Below are positions 1 through 16,713 of a stretch of DNA of 64,000 nucleotides, piece by piece (the stretch's first letter is position 1; each line of letters opens with the position of its first letter). This DNA comes from Octopus sinensis (Eukaryota). Both the position numbers and the translations under genes were made by a program. Below the pieces are notes generated by a model. That model was given only the letters and a program-made list of their open reading frames with translations, had not been told where the DNA came from and did no database searches. Location of the stretch: NCBI RefSeq assembly GCF_006345805.1, contig NC_043014.1, forward strand, positions 1,364,001 through 1,428,000, in the 5' to 3' direction.

Positions 1-294
1 TGGTTGTTGAGTTGTAGGGCACGCTGAAAGCACATGTCAATTAGTGAAGGTGGGTAGTTCCTGGTGATGAGTGTATCCTTTAGTTCATATATATAATATA
101 TATATATATTATATATATATATATTATATATATATACACACACATATATAATGTACATATATGTGTATACGTCATTATTCTGTTTTATTTCAAGATTTCT
201 TGCCAATATATGTATGTATGTACGTGCAGATTTGTATGTTTTATGTATGTATTCCCATGCATATAGTTGCATAACTAGACACGCTCATATATAT

Positions 295-601
295 TTAAAT
301 GATTAACTTCTGGAAAGTTTTACACATTTTTACAGTTCCAGTGATGGATTGGATCTGTAGTCCTGGAATTAGCTTTCTCCTTTCTGGTTTTGAGAAGCCT
401 AATTTCTCAAGATTGGTATTTAAGCAATTTGTTAAATATCTCAGGGACCCAATAATTACAGGTATAAACCTGAACTCGTAATCTGGATAGAGTAACTGCA
501 GATTTCTCAATAGTTCAGCATAGATGTTCTCTTTTTCACTGATCTTCAGCTTTATGTTAACATCCGCTGGGCAGCTGATTTCCACAACTGTACACAGTTT
601 C
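295..601 (-). mobile_element. 3' fragment of an R2/NeSL/R4-type non-LTR retrotransposon (restriction-like endonuclease C-terminus)
   Basis: KLCTVVEISCPADVNIKLKISEKENIYAELLRNLQLLYPDYEFRFIPVIIGSL...LQIQSITGTVKMCKTF* fits the RLE pattern (I/V)E(I/V)xCPxD...EKxxKY...IPI(I/V)IGxLG...LQxxAIxGT. Confidence 0.8.
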
Positions 602-602
602 T

Positions 603-4048
<3,446 letters not shown>

Positions 4049-4539
4049 GAGGGACCAGCATTTCTCTCAGCCATATTTCATTAAAAACACGACAGCCTTT
4101 GACTTTAAGACTCCCATTAAGTATCCGTCCGTATTTCCTCGTTGTCCTTTATGTTTAGCGTGGAGCCATGAACCTTCCTACGACCATTATTCGTGTCGTG
4201 ATGCCGTCTTTGCTCGTCTAAGAATGGCGAATGACGTAGTAAACTGTTGCAATGGATCGGTCGCGGCGTTTTGAAGCAGATCACAAAAGATCATGGGAAA
4301 ACTGTGGGAAACTGATAAAATCGTCTGCGTTCATTCATTGTACGGTTAAATAAACCCGCCTAACAACTCTGTCTGTCTGTCTGGCTCTGGCTGTCTGGCT
4401 GTCTGTCTGTCTCTGTCTCTGTCTCTCTGTCTCTCTGTCTCTCTCTCTCTCTCTCACTCTCAGTCTGTCCCATAATCTCCCAAATGAATAACACATGCAT
4501 CGAAATACCGAAACAAAAAAAAAGAAATTCTTCGTTGAC

Positions 4540-5010
4540 GTCACGCAGAAACACTTACGAGTCAGACACAGACCACGTGATTATTTCTCAGAAATCCAAT
4601 TGGAAACTGAAGGAGCTGCTAAAATTTCTACAACGTATGTCAAAAGTATTTACATCAACGTTCCAGCAACGGAAACTATAAACAGAATTTTGGATAACAT
4701 TTTTATAGACCATACCATAACCACCTTCTGTAGCAAGAAACATCCTGTAAATATTTCAGTTGATTTACATAACACAAGTTTCTTTAAACTGTCTCCGCTG
4801 TAATCTATATACCCAGGTAGACGGACTCGCTATGGGTTCTCCATTTGACCCAACGTTTGCTGCATTATACACGAGTAACTTGAAAAACAAAATCGTTCCT
4901 ATCGATAACCGGTTTGTCTACACCAAACATGTTGATGACAACTTCATGGTGGTAGATAGAGGGGAACAGGTTGAGAGACTTGAGAACGACCTGGAAAATA
5001 ACCTCCATCT
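4540..5010 (+). mobile_element. Degenerate Penelope-like element reverse-transcriptase fragment
   Basis: Frameshifted pieces YVKSIYINVPATETINRIL and YTQVDGLAMGSPFDPTFAALYTSNL...YTKHVDDNF match the PLE RT motifs DVxSLYTNVP..ETI, YxQxDGLAMGSPLxP and YxRYVDD. Confidence 0.75.
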
Positions 5011-5710
5011 TTATATCCAACAAACCACATCACTACACCATAGTCTTACCTTGCCTATTCTCATCGTCATTATTGAGAGTCAGGGAACCATGGACACGTG
5101 CCCCATTTCTCTCCATCGATTCCTGCCTTTAGCCATGGTTGTGCATTCAACCGGAAACCTTCTAGTACATTCCTTGATGTAGTTACAGCCATTTCAATTG
5201 ACTCTTTCCTCTAGGATGGGAGGCGGTGGTGGGGTGTTGAGGTTCTGGGCCCTGATGACGTCCGAAATACAGCAGCTTTCTTCTCCTGACAATTACCAAG
5301 CCTTCCGTCGTCCCTGTTCCGGTTTCCTCGAGTCCTGGTTCGTTTGTTCGACGCTCCGTCCTGCTCATCCTCGGTTCTCTTCAGTAACTCGTTGTTAGAT
5401 TTACACTACTTCAGACGTTGATATCAAATAAAGTCTTAAATCCCAATGATATGCAAAGTAGAAGCCCCAGTTCCTTGTTACACCTAGATTTGACGTGTAA
5501 ATAGATAGAATGTCTGCTTGTTTCTTAGGAATTGGTCGAGTGGTAGAAGCACTTCTCAGGAGACCTCAAGATGAGTCGAAATCGGTTAAAGCGGTTCACC
5601 ATTCCTTCAATCTACAAAGAAATTGGTAAATGTGTCACGATTGTATGTCTACTAAATAGGTTGAAATACACACACACACAGACACACACACACACAGACA
5701 CACACACACA

Positions 5711-5754
<44 letters not shown>

Positions 5755-5757
<3 letters not shown>

Positions 5758-5920
5758 GAGTGGCTGTGTGGCTTGTGGTAAGCAAGCCACTTGTGGTAAG
5801 TGGCTTGCTTACCAACCACATAGTTCGGGTTCAGTCCCACTGCCCTTGGGCAAGTGTCTTCTACTATAGCCCCGGGCCGACCAAAGCCTTGCGAGTGGAT
5901 TTGGTAGACGGAAACTGAAA
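5755..5920 (+). mobile_element. tRNA-derived SINE family A, 5' part
   Basis: Head GGAGTGGCTGTGTGG...GGGTTCAGTCCCACTG...GGATTTGGTAGACGGAAACTGAAA, shared with many copies in the window. Resembles the octopod OK/OR-type SINEs; exact family not assigned. Confidence 0.85.
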
Positions 5921-6299
5921 ATGAGAGAGTTGAGCTGAAAGTTCGTATAAAACAGATGGTTGTGCAGTTTTGTAGTGCAAGAACATTAGGAGGGAAAAGT
6001 TAAGATGGGGCAGGCTGGTCGAGTGGACGCCGGAAGTAATTAGGGGACATTTTATGTTTATAAAACATAGAAGAGTGGAGAAATATGGGAGGTAATTGTC
6101 AGAGACAGCAAACAAAAGTAAGCGGCTGTGTGAGAGAATGATAAGTGTGTGTGTGTGTGGTGGTGTGTATGTACGCCTACACGCCCATACTCAAGTCGTG
6201 TCTCCGTTGCCGTCGGTCAAAAAACTCAGTACGTGACGCCATTTGGTTGTATTTATGTTTTTAAGTTGTTTTGGATTAATGAACGAACGAGTTCAGTGT

Positions 6300-6411
6300 T
6301 CGCGCGCACACACACACATAAACATATATATATACATACACACACATCCATCCATATATATGTGTTAAATATAGACGTGTACATGTATACGCACACTCAC
6401 ACACAGGTATG

Positions 6412-6474
<63 letters not shown>

Positions 6475-6568
6475 TATTATATATTATATATTATATATAT
6501 AATACATATATATGTATGTATATATATATATATATAATATAAATATACATACCTATATATATACATAC

Positions 6569-6599
<31 letters not shown>

Positions 6600-7195
6600 A
6601 CATACCTATATATATACACGCACACACATTAATATATATTTATACATATATATATGCACAAACATACACATATATATATGAGTGTAAATGCATATGGAAT
6701 GAGGTAGATAAAATTGTATAGAAGTTCATAAATATCTGGAGAAAAACCCAATAATGTTTGTCGGGAATGGGGTATAAATGATCTGACAAAAGCATATCTA
6801 CCCGTATATTTGCATATATCAGGGTGTGTACAAAGCTAAACGATCGAAGCTACATCTACATACAAATAAATATATACAATGAAATGAAATCAATAACAAC
6901 AATAATAATAATAAAATAAATCCATAAATGAATAGATATGTATGGGGAAAGAGAAAGGCTTTTGTATAGAGGCGTAAACATTTACCTAAGTGCAAATGTT
7001 TATTTATACATCAACATGTAAAGAGTTACAGGAACATAGAAACAGAGATATAGAGGGACACACGTAGAGAGAGAGAGAGAGAGAGAGAGGAGATCATAAG
7101 GTGAAAGTAGGCACACACACACACACACACATGTATGTATGTGTGTATGTATATATATGTATATATATATCATATATATATATATAATATATATA

Positions 7196-7255
<60 letters not shown>

Positions 7256-7256
7256 A

Positions 7257-7310
<54 letters not shown>

Positions 7311-7727
7311 TATATACATACATACATGCACATTAGAAATATATACATATATGTGTATGGGTGTTTAGTTGTATGCGTGTGTGCGTGCGAATGCGTGCAT
7401 GTGCCTAACACCCATAAATAGATAGATACCTCCATAATACATGATTTTGTATCCATCACTCTATATGTATGTATACACACACAAACACACACACACCTAC
7501 GCACACACACACAACACACACACACACACACACACATACACACACACATAAGTACACATTCATTGATGTACACACACAGTTGTTCTGAAACATGTCGGCG
7601 CTTCAGAACTAAAAATACAAGGAATTACAATACACCAAACGTGCATTTGCATTCTGTACTTACATACAAACATACACATATATATACTTACATATACATA
7701 CTTGTGTGCATATATATATACACAACA

Positions 7728-7806
<79 letters not shown>

Positions 7807-8125
7807 CACGCGCGGCCATTTGCATTCGTTGAGAGTGTTTACTTACATCTTCGTTGCTTTTATCTTTCTCTTTATATACTTATTTGCTTATCTTTTTATG
7901 TATGTTTGATGGCTTCTTTTATCTACAGACCCTACTGTATGCAAATATAAGGGTACGTATGCGTGTATCTGTTTATTTATACCCCATTCCACGCAAACAG
8001 CTTTTTAAAAGATATTCTTTACATTTTGCGCTCACAGAAACGAATACACATTCAGACATTTCCGTAGTTTTTTTCTCTAAATGAATGTTTTTACATATAC
8101 TTTATATACCTACGCACCCAAGTTT

Positions 8126-8176
<51 letters not shown>

Positions 8177-8287
8177 TATATATATATATATGTATATATG
8201 TACTAACACACACACACACACACACAACAACACACACACATGCATACATATATATGTACGTATATACTTATATATATAAGTATATAA

Positions 8288-8327
<40 letters not shown>

Positions 8328-8405
8328 TACACATATATATACTTATATATAATATATTTACATATATATATTATATATATATATTATATATACATACACA
8401 CACAC

Positions 8406-8477
<72 letters not shown>

Positions 8478-8525
8478 ATTACATACACATATATATACTT
8501 ATATATATATATATATATTAAATAT
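6300..8525. repeat. Microsatellite field, mainly (TA)n, (CA)n and (GA)n
   Basis: Directly visible. Confidence 0.95.
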
Positions 8526-9165
8526 ATGATGCGGATACTTCTGAATCTAGTGAACCGAAGGTCATGGCATCACTGATGACATCGTGTTGTACTAAACACG
8601 TTCGTTGCTTTCACCGGTTCCCTTTAATCCATTCCAATTTGCTTTGTTTGTATTTCTAAAAAAAAATTGGATTTACTGATATACATACATACATACACCC
8701 TCATATATATATATGCTTGTAGATATATGTACGTGCTGGTATATGTGTGTGTGTGTGTCTCTATATTTATGCATGTCAATGTGTATTTGTACTTCTGTTA
8801 CGAACATTCATTTTTATCTATCCCCCAAACAACATTAAACTATATCTTTTAATGATGTTTGACACCATCGAAAGTATTAATACTGTCTTAAGATATCGAA
8901 ATCAGGTTGACATTTGATTGGCCGCTGACGAGGGAAGTTGTTCTCTTATACTACATCTGGTTTTCCTTCTCTCTTTAATGTCTCAAGTCGTTTTCACTGT
9001 CCTGCTTGATTTGTCATTTGTTTAGGTTAGTGCAAGTTACTAGTTTATTTTTCATTGTTCCTGGGCTGAAATGGGATTTAGATCGGATATTTACTTAAGG
9101 GTAAAACTGGTTTTGTAATTAGCTGTAGTCTGTCGGGGGACGGAATGTCGTCATGTAACAAATAT

Positions 9166-9218
<53 letters not shown>

Positions 9219-9322
9219 GTGTATATGAATATACATGTGTTGTATAGCTATATCTGTAACAATATCGATCTTTCTATCTTCTACACTCTCGCTTCCATAT
9301 ATTAATATATTGCATGTATATA

Positions 9323-9419
<97 letters not shown>

Positions 9420-11754
9420 ATCGTATATATACATATATGAGTGTATGCGTAGTATTACATTTAAATTTGGTGACTCTTTTGCTATTCGCTATCAGTCGAT
9501 CGAATCGGAAGAGATTTCAAGTGACAATGTCACATTCATATTTTTGATGTTTTTGGTATTTTCTTTTCTGATGTCCCCGCTGCACGCACAGAAATAAATG
9601 TGCAAGTGTTAAAATAAATAAAAATAAATACAAAGAGAGGAATTGGTGAAAAAGTATTCTTGTTTTGAAAGAACCTTGAAAAACTACGAAGAAATTTACT
9701 TATAAAGTCTGTGGCTACAAAGTTTAGCAGAAACTCAACTAGCGCGGACACATAATTTTATGTAAAGCTTGAAATATTTCCTAAGCACAAATCTTAATTT
9801 AAATCAAAGCAATTAATCTTCATTTGTAATTTAGTAAAATTATGAATGCAATGCCATGATGAAAATGGTTAGAATTAATTTGGCAGAAGTAATTATTTAT
9901 AATTTTTTTAATGACATTTATTGATCTTGTGAACGGAGTTTTAAAAGCTCATGGGGAAATAGTGGTTTTTAGTGGTATAAAATTACATTGAGGGAAATAT
10001 TGCTCTCAAAGAATTAAAAAAAAATATGGCGTGTTTAGTTCTCAACTGAGATTTGAAGGAATGTGTGCAAGTAAGGAAGTTTGTGGTACTTAATTGTTAA
10101 TTAATAGATATTGCAATTAGAAGCGCTTATTTAGTGGTGAGATTTTTGTGTGAAAGGGAAGATAATGAAGCCACAAGAAAAAGGATGATAACGTCGCCAT
10201 CAACACGACTGGTTTATGCGTAATTCTTGCTTCATCTGCGAGAAAAGTTATTTTTGATGAGTTGTTCAAGATATTAAGTGATTATCAAATGTATTTAGAA
10301 AACTTGGACTGGTTTTGCACGTAATGGCATCGTTTTTGCGGCAGGAAGTAAAAAATTCATTATGAACTACAAATAAGGTGGTGGGTATCCCTAAACTGTG
10401 AAAATAAAGTGTATTTGATATTTTTTGAGTGTTGTGAAGTCAGCTTTTGAAGAAAACTGCCCTCAAAACCTTGGATTTCTTATAATGGAGATTCCCCAGA
10501 GAAGAACACAGATTTATATTCGCAATTCTAAATTCTGGTGATTTTTTTTAATCACCTACTCCACTTCAGTATTAATTGAGGCAAGCTGACTTTGCTCCAG
10601 TAATATTTTTAATAAATGCCTATTTTTGGTTTTTCCTGTAATATTTTTGGTTATTTTGGTTATTTTCGGCCGTTTTTCTTCTTTTACGGAGACCTCCTTC
10701 CCCACAAATTTGATAACTCTGAAAGCGAGTACGCATGCATCTTTGTAGCAGACTACCACTTGCCTTTGTTAGCTCTCTTTCAAAATTATCTCCCATCGTT
10801 CTTCATTCTTCTTCGTGGAGTATATTTCAGTATACTTCACACGTCCTCGCTGCAATGATAGCTACACTGGCGATGAACAGTTTTTCTGTTTTGTGTAGGA
10901 AATCTGAAAGGTACGTGATTGGTTTACAGGAAGACAGAAAGACCACCCTGACACAAATCTCGTGGTCGACTTTAGGGTTGATGCCAAACATATAAATGGT
11001 ATGAAGAACCGCGACCTGGTTACGACATTCTCAAAGGAAATAGGAAAGGAATTTGATCAAGATAGATGTTTGTATTTGATTGTTAAACGAACGATTACTC
11101 CAAACCAGCCCGGCAACATCTCTGTCGAGGGTAGAGTTTCACTTACGTAATATAGTGAGTTACGAAAAGCTCCCCCCGCCACCACTGCTTTCAAATCCGA
11201 TTAATTGAAACTATCATTGCAATTAGCAGACAAAAACTCTAGATGTGATTAAAACCTAAAAACAGAAAGAAAAGGAGTCCACCCCAGAGATATTAACCAA
11301 TTGAAATTTGAATTATTTGATATCATGGGAGTTCTGTCCCTTGTTTATTTCAAAATGTTAAGTACCGCGAAAGGAAATTTTTTTGTCTTTTCATTGTAAG
11401 GAACGACCGAGTTAATCAGAATTTCCTCCATATCACATGTGTAACACCCTACCATGTGTAACAACACCCCCCACTACATGTGTAACACCCTAAACATGGG
11501 TGAACACCTTAACATGCAGAATACTCCCTCGTGGTGTATTTTCTCTCTCGGTGCTCTTGTTAACACCTTTATTAATGACTTGACTATTTCTCTGATGTCT
11601 GCGAGGAAAGCTACAAGTAACTAAGAATGGAGAAACACATCCTGAGATAACAATTTGAACAAGGAACGCGTAACCGGGAATATTGCGACTGGATGGAAAA
11701 ATATGGTCGTCAGATCTCTTCGTTCGTAAAACAATTGTGGAGCAGCACAAGTCA

Positions 11755-11854
11755 NNNNNNNNNNNNNNNNNNNNNNNNNNNNNNNNNNNNNNNNNNNNNN
11801 NNNNNNNNNNNNNNNNNNNNNNNNNNNNNNNNNNNNNNNNNNNNNNNNNNNNNN
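11755..11854. other. Assembly gap (100 N)
   Basis: Run of exactly 100 N, typical of an unsized scaffold gap. Confidence 0.99.
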
Positions 11855-12446
11855 CCCTCATCACGTGGTGAACATGATCAATGTTTTGCTCAGTGGTGAC
11901 AGCTGTTGAACCTCCAGATTTGGGGGTCTTCTTCAAGACTCTCTGTTCCCCTCATAAATTCAGTTGCCCACTTTTGCACTGTTGATAAAGCTGGAGCGCT
12001 GTCCCTTAATCTGGTGACCCCAACACTCATCCCAACCCAGGCTGAGTGGGTTCCATCATTTTGAAGCAGCGATAAAGAGACAATCCATACGGTGGAAACA
12101 CTCCTCCTCACCTGCTCCAAAGAACAACGTCGTTTCATCTGCAGGGAAGGTGATGGCCTCAATTTGTGGCCTCATCTGGTTATCATCTGTTCCCCAACAT
12201 GAAAAAAATACAAAACAATTGGCTGGGAACCAATATCGCACTGATAATGGCGTCATGTCTGCTGTTGATGACTCTTTTGACCAATAGAATAAAAGCTTCT
12301 TCACAAATGGGATCCAGGTATTGCAACACCGATGGGAGAAGAAATGTATGGACCGCAAGGGGGACTGTGTTGAAAAATAAACCTCATTTGGTCACATCCC
12401 ATGTGAATTATGTTGGTCACCTTAAGAACCTTTCAGCTGACCCCAT
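11855..12446. mobile_element. Rearranged mariner transposase relic
   Basis: Minus 11855-12030 gives DSAPALSTVQKWATEFMRGTESLEEDP and AVTTEQNIDHVHH (HTH region). Plus 12045-12170 gives WVHHF..KRQS..WKHSSSPAPK..SSAGKVMAS. Plus 12170-12380 gives YHLFPNMKK...FFTNGIQVLQHRWEKKCMDRKGDCVEK* (mariner C-terminus). Confidence 0.8.
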
Positions 12447-12469
12447 GAATATGTATATGCATGTAAGTA

Positions 12470-12707
12470 TATTATTTCTTTACTACCCACAAGGGGCTAA
12501 ACACAGAGGGGACAAACAAGGACAGGACAAAGGGATTAAGTCAATTATATCGACCCCAGTGCGTAACTGGTACTTATTTAATCGACCCTGAAAGGATGAA
12601 AGGCAATGTCGACCTCGACGGAATTTGAACTCAGAACGTAACGGCAGACGAAATACGGCTACGCATTTCGCCCGGCGTGCTAACGTTGCTGCCAGCTCGT
12701 CGCCTTT
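12470..12707 (-). mobile_element. tRNA-derived SINE family B
   Basis: The reverse complement begins AGGCGACGAGCTGGCAGCAACGTTAGCACGCCGGGCGAAATGC. Same family as 23214 and 43801. Confidence 0.85.
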
Positions 12708-13274
12708 GCGTGTGAGTATATGTAAGAGTGTATGTATCTATAAGAAAGTGTGTGCTTTGTAGGTTGTGGTGCAGCATGGCTGAATGGTTTAGAATTTTGT
12801 TTTGCAATCACGAGGTCGCAGGTTCTATCTTACAGCACGGTATCTTGGGCAAGTATCTTTTACTATAGCCTTGGATCAACCAAACTTTTTCGTGAGTGAA
12901 ATGAGGTAGACGGAAACTGCAAGGAAACCCCTACTGAGAGCTTGTAACCATTATTTAAAGGTTCAATATTATCACAGTGTGTTTCATACGTGAGAATTAT
13001 TTTGAGGATACACGAGTTTGCGAAGTACTCAGCCACTTGCACGAGGAGCGGGAAACAAGTGAAACATCACCGTCGAAGCAGACGGAGATCCATTTACGAT
13101 GTGTGTGTGTGTGTGTGTGTGTGGAATATTAGATCTTGTTATGTTATTCGTTCCATAGTATTCTGTGTAAGAAATGTGGGACACACACACACACACACAC
13201 ATGAACAATACATATGTACAAATGTATGTATATGTGTGCGTGTATATGTGTGTGTATGTATATATACATGTACG

Positions 13275-13309
<35 letters not shown>

Positions 13310-13410
13310 GCAGCCATATTTCTAAAGAACTACCAGCTCTGGAATGACAACATCCACTGACTCCCTAAAGCTCCCTTGATGCGTTTTAACCCAGTTTTGG
13401 CTACTTTGGC

Positions 13411-13507
13411 ACCACCACCACCACCACCACCACCACCACCACCACCACCACCACCACAACACCACCCACCCACCCCACAACCACCACCACCACCACCACC
13501 ACCACCC
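13411..13507. repeat. (CCA)n trinucleotide repeat
   Basis: Directly visible; source of the poly-P/W/V ORFs. Confidence 0.95.
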
Positions 13508-13711
13508 TACCAATCACACCATCATCCCCTATCTTCTTTACCCTTCTCCAGTCCTCACCCTTTCCCATCTCCATCACTTCATACATTGTTTTGCGCCCGC
13601 GCACGCGTGTTTCCTGTGTGAGTGCGCGCGTGTGTATGCATATATATATATATATATATGTAGTATTTATATATAATATATATATATTATATATATATAT
13701 GTATATCTATA

Positions 13712-13749
<38 letters not shown>

Positions 13750-13842
13750 TTATATATGTAATGTATATATATATATATATATATAATTATGTATGTATTA
13801 TATATGTATGTATGTATGTATGTATATATATATACATACATC

Positions 13843-13886
<44 letters not shown>

Positions 13887-14151
13887 ATATATGTATAACA
13901 TATGTGTGTGCGTGTATATATATATATATATATATACATACATACACACATATATATATATATACATATATATATAAATATGTATGTATGTATGTATATT
14001 ATGTATATAATATCTGTGTGTATATACACATTTTTGTTCGACCTCATTTTTTTCTCTTCTTTTTGTTTTGTTTAGCTTCTGGCCCCTCCCCTCCTCACCG
14101 ACCAGTCTGCACACTTCACCTAGCACAGATGTGGTGAGAGGGACAGACTGA

Positions 14152-14197
<46 letters not shown>

Positions 14198-14341
14198 GGA
14201 GGTATTTATGTATGTGAATGTATATATCTATTTATCTAAGTGTATATATCTATATACACATATATATAATGTGGGTTTGTATGTTGTATGATGTGTGTGT
14301 CAATACGTTTGTACATGTGCGTATGTGTGTATGCATTTGTC

Positions 14342-14390
<49 letters not shown>

Positions 14391-14408
14391 ATGTGTACAC
14401 ACACACAC

Positions 14409-14439
<31 letters not shown>

Positions 14440-14444
14440 ATAAT

Positions 14445-14477
<33 letters not shown>

Positions 14478-14520
14478 CAGAAGATAGATAGATAGAAGAT
14501 AGATAGATAGATAGATAGAC

Positions 14521-14589
<69 letters not shown>
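14409..14589. repeat. (GATA)n tetranucleotide array
   Basis: About 45 GATA units with a few variants. Confidence 0.95.
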
Positions 14590-15084
14590 TGTGAACATAT
14601 ATCTGTTTGCATATTACACACACACACACACACACTAACATATATGTTATATACAAATACTATACACACGTATATGTTACACACAAACATACACACACAC
14701 ACACACACACACGTATGTATATAGAAAGTTTCAGATGGGGGTAGCGAAATAAACGACAGAGACAGTTGTGAATGTGTGCGTGTATAACAAGTGATATATA
14801 GAGAGAAGAGAGAAAGGAGAAGAGAGAGGAGTAGAGAGAGGGAGAGGGAGAGAGAGACAATATGGAATGACAGAGAGGGAAGAGAGAGATGGGGGAAGCC
14901 AAGTGTAGAATAATGGTCAGCCGGATAATGTTATAGAACCGTTTCTATTAGTTTCCAGACCGTTCTTCAAATGTCGAACCATTTTTGTAATAAGGAGATC
15001 CATAGCACGATATCAATGTATTGAGTTCTCTCTATCCTGAATGGCCTTCTTCATCTTCAAATCAAGTCTATATATATATATACA

Positions 15085-15260
15085 CACACATTTTTTTCTC
15101 TCCTTGTTTTTTTCTGTGTCCCTTTCTGTCGAAGAGCGTAGGCTCGAAACATAAAATACTTTTTCTATTCCTGAGCGTTATACTAATACATTTGTTTGTT
15201 TTGTACACCACCTGTCTTCTTCGTCTTTTGTATTTTTCGTAAACTCTCCCTATATAGGTG
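15085..15260 (+). mobile_element. Penelope-like terminal-repeat fragment with a decayed hammerhead motif
   Basis: cttt-CTGTCGA-a-GAGCgtagGCTC-GAAAC-ata-aaat at 15122-15157. A related copy lies on the minus strand at 38630-38810. Confidence 0.5.
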
Positions 15261-15361
15261 AGTCCCTATATAGGTAAACTCTCCCTTAATAGCACCAGGT
15301 GGTGCTATTAAGTTAGACATGGCCTGGGCCAATAATGGCCGAAACCTATCAAAGTATCAAA

Positions 15362-15396
<35 letters not shown>

Positions 15397-15710
15397 CACA
15401 GCTCGTGAGCTGAAACTAGATGAAATGAAATGAAATTATATGTGTTGTGTGTATGTGTGTGTGCATTGTTCTCGAAGGGCTTCTATACAGTTTCCGTCAA
15501 CCTATTTTCATTGTAAAGGTGTGCCTCGACCGGACACTAGTAACTCTTTTACAAGATGCCACGCAATGGGACCGAACCTGAAACCATGTGGCTCCGAAAT
15601 GAGCTTTCTAACCATTCCATCGTACCCCTCCTACGACGTGTGCGTGCATGTATATGTATGTGTATATATACATGGATATATATGTGTATATGTGTGTGTA
15701 TCTATGTATA

Positions 15711-16540
15711 CATGATCTGATCAATAAGTATCCGGACTGTTGGCATAGTAACGAAGCTAAAGCACACAGAGTGAAGCCGCTTAACACAGATTGACCTTGA
15801 ACTCTGGTGCGCATGCGCACTAAGTTTTAACATTCTAGCTCACTTCCGCTGTTTACAGCAGTGCTTGGAAGGAAGATGTGTAGCATGTGATCGTCGCATC
15901 GACCAGGACTAAAAGTTGAGCAGAGGATCTGCATCCAATTTTGCCAAAAGCTTGGTGGTACCTGCTCAGAGGTCTACGCAAAGTTTTCAAAAAGTTTCCA
16001 TCGTTCTAGACACAATCAAGAGATCTTGTGCAACTGAAACCCGAGTATCTTTTTGGACATCCGAAAGCAGTTTTTGGCACAAACTTGGCAGACACGCGTC
16101 TCATACCCAAATCTTCCGTGATAATGGACTAAACTAAACCGTAACTAATCTGCACAGCCCCTGATGACTCACGGATGGTGATTCGACGATTTTCCCTCAC
16201 AGCTGCACATACACCTGCAACGTTTTTCTCAGTTCTGCTGGTTGTGGGTCTCACATAACGTTCGTCAATATCGACATCGTTTCGGCCATCTTGCAACTTT
16301 GTATCGGCCTCTGAGCGAGTATGGCCTTGACAACTTCCTCTCTGATGGTCAATGCCTCGATCACACGCTACACACCTTCCTACCATTCACTGATATAAAC
16401 AGCGGAAGTGAGCTAGGACGTTAAAACTTAGTACGCATGCACAGCAGAGTTCAAGGTCAATCTGTGCCAAGCAAATTCAGTCTGTGTGCTTTAGCTTCGT
16501 TACTATGGCAACAGTCCGGATACTTACTGATCAGACCTCG
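15711..16540. mobile_element. Non-autonomous mariner fold-back element with ~195-bp inverted arms and TA TSD
   Basis: Arms 15711-15905 and 16346-16540 are reverse complements (GATCTGATCAATAAGTATCCGGACTGTT.../...AACAGTCCGGATACTTACTGATCAGACC), with TA on both sides. The interior encodes N-terminal transposase pieces on both strands: KVEQRICIQFCQKLG on plus; QDGRNDVDIDER..PTTSRTEKNV..RENRRITIRE and EDLGMRRVSAKFVP on minus. Confidence 0.9.
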
Positions 16541-16583
16541 TATATGTACGTGTGTGTGCGCACACGCGTGTGTGTATGTATGT

Positions 16584-16619
<36 letters not shown>

Positions 16620-16679
16620 ACACACATATATATATATATATACAAAACACACCTATATATGTATATATATACATGTATG

Positions 16680-16713
<34 letters not shown>

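Noticed and set aside
5252-5270. CTGATGA-CGTCC-GAAA hammerhead-like core
   Set aside because: Only 5 nt lie between the core segments, so no helix II can form, and there is no helix III or UH site.
11490-11936. ORFs spanning poly-X
   Set aside because: They are artefacts of the 100-N gap.
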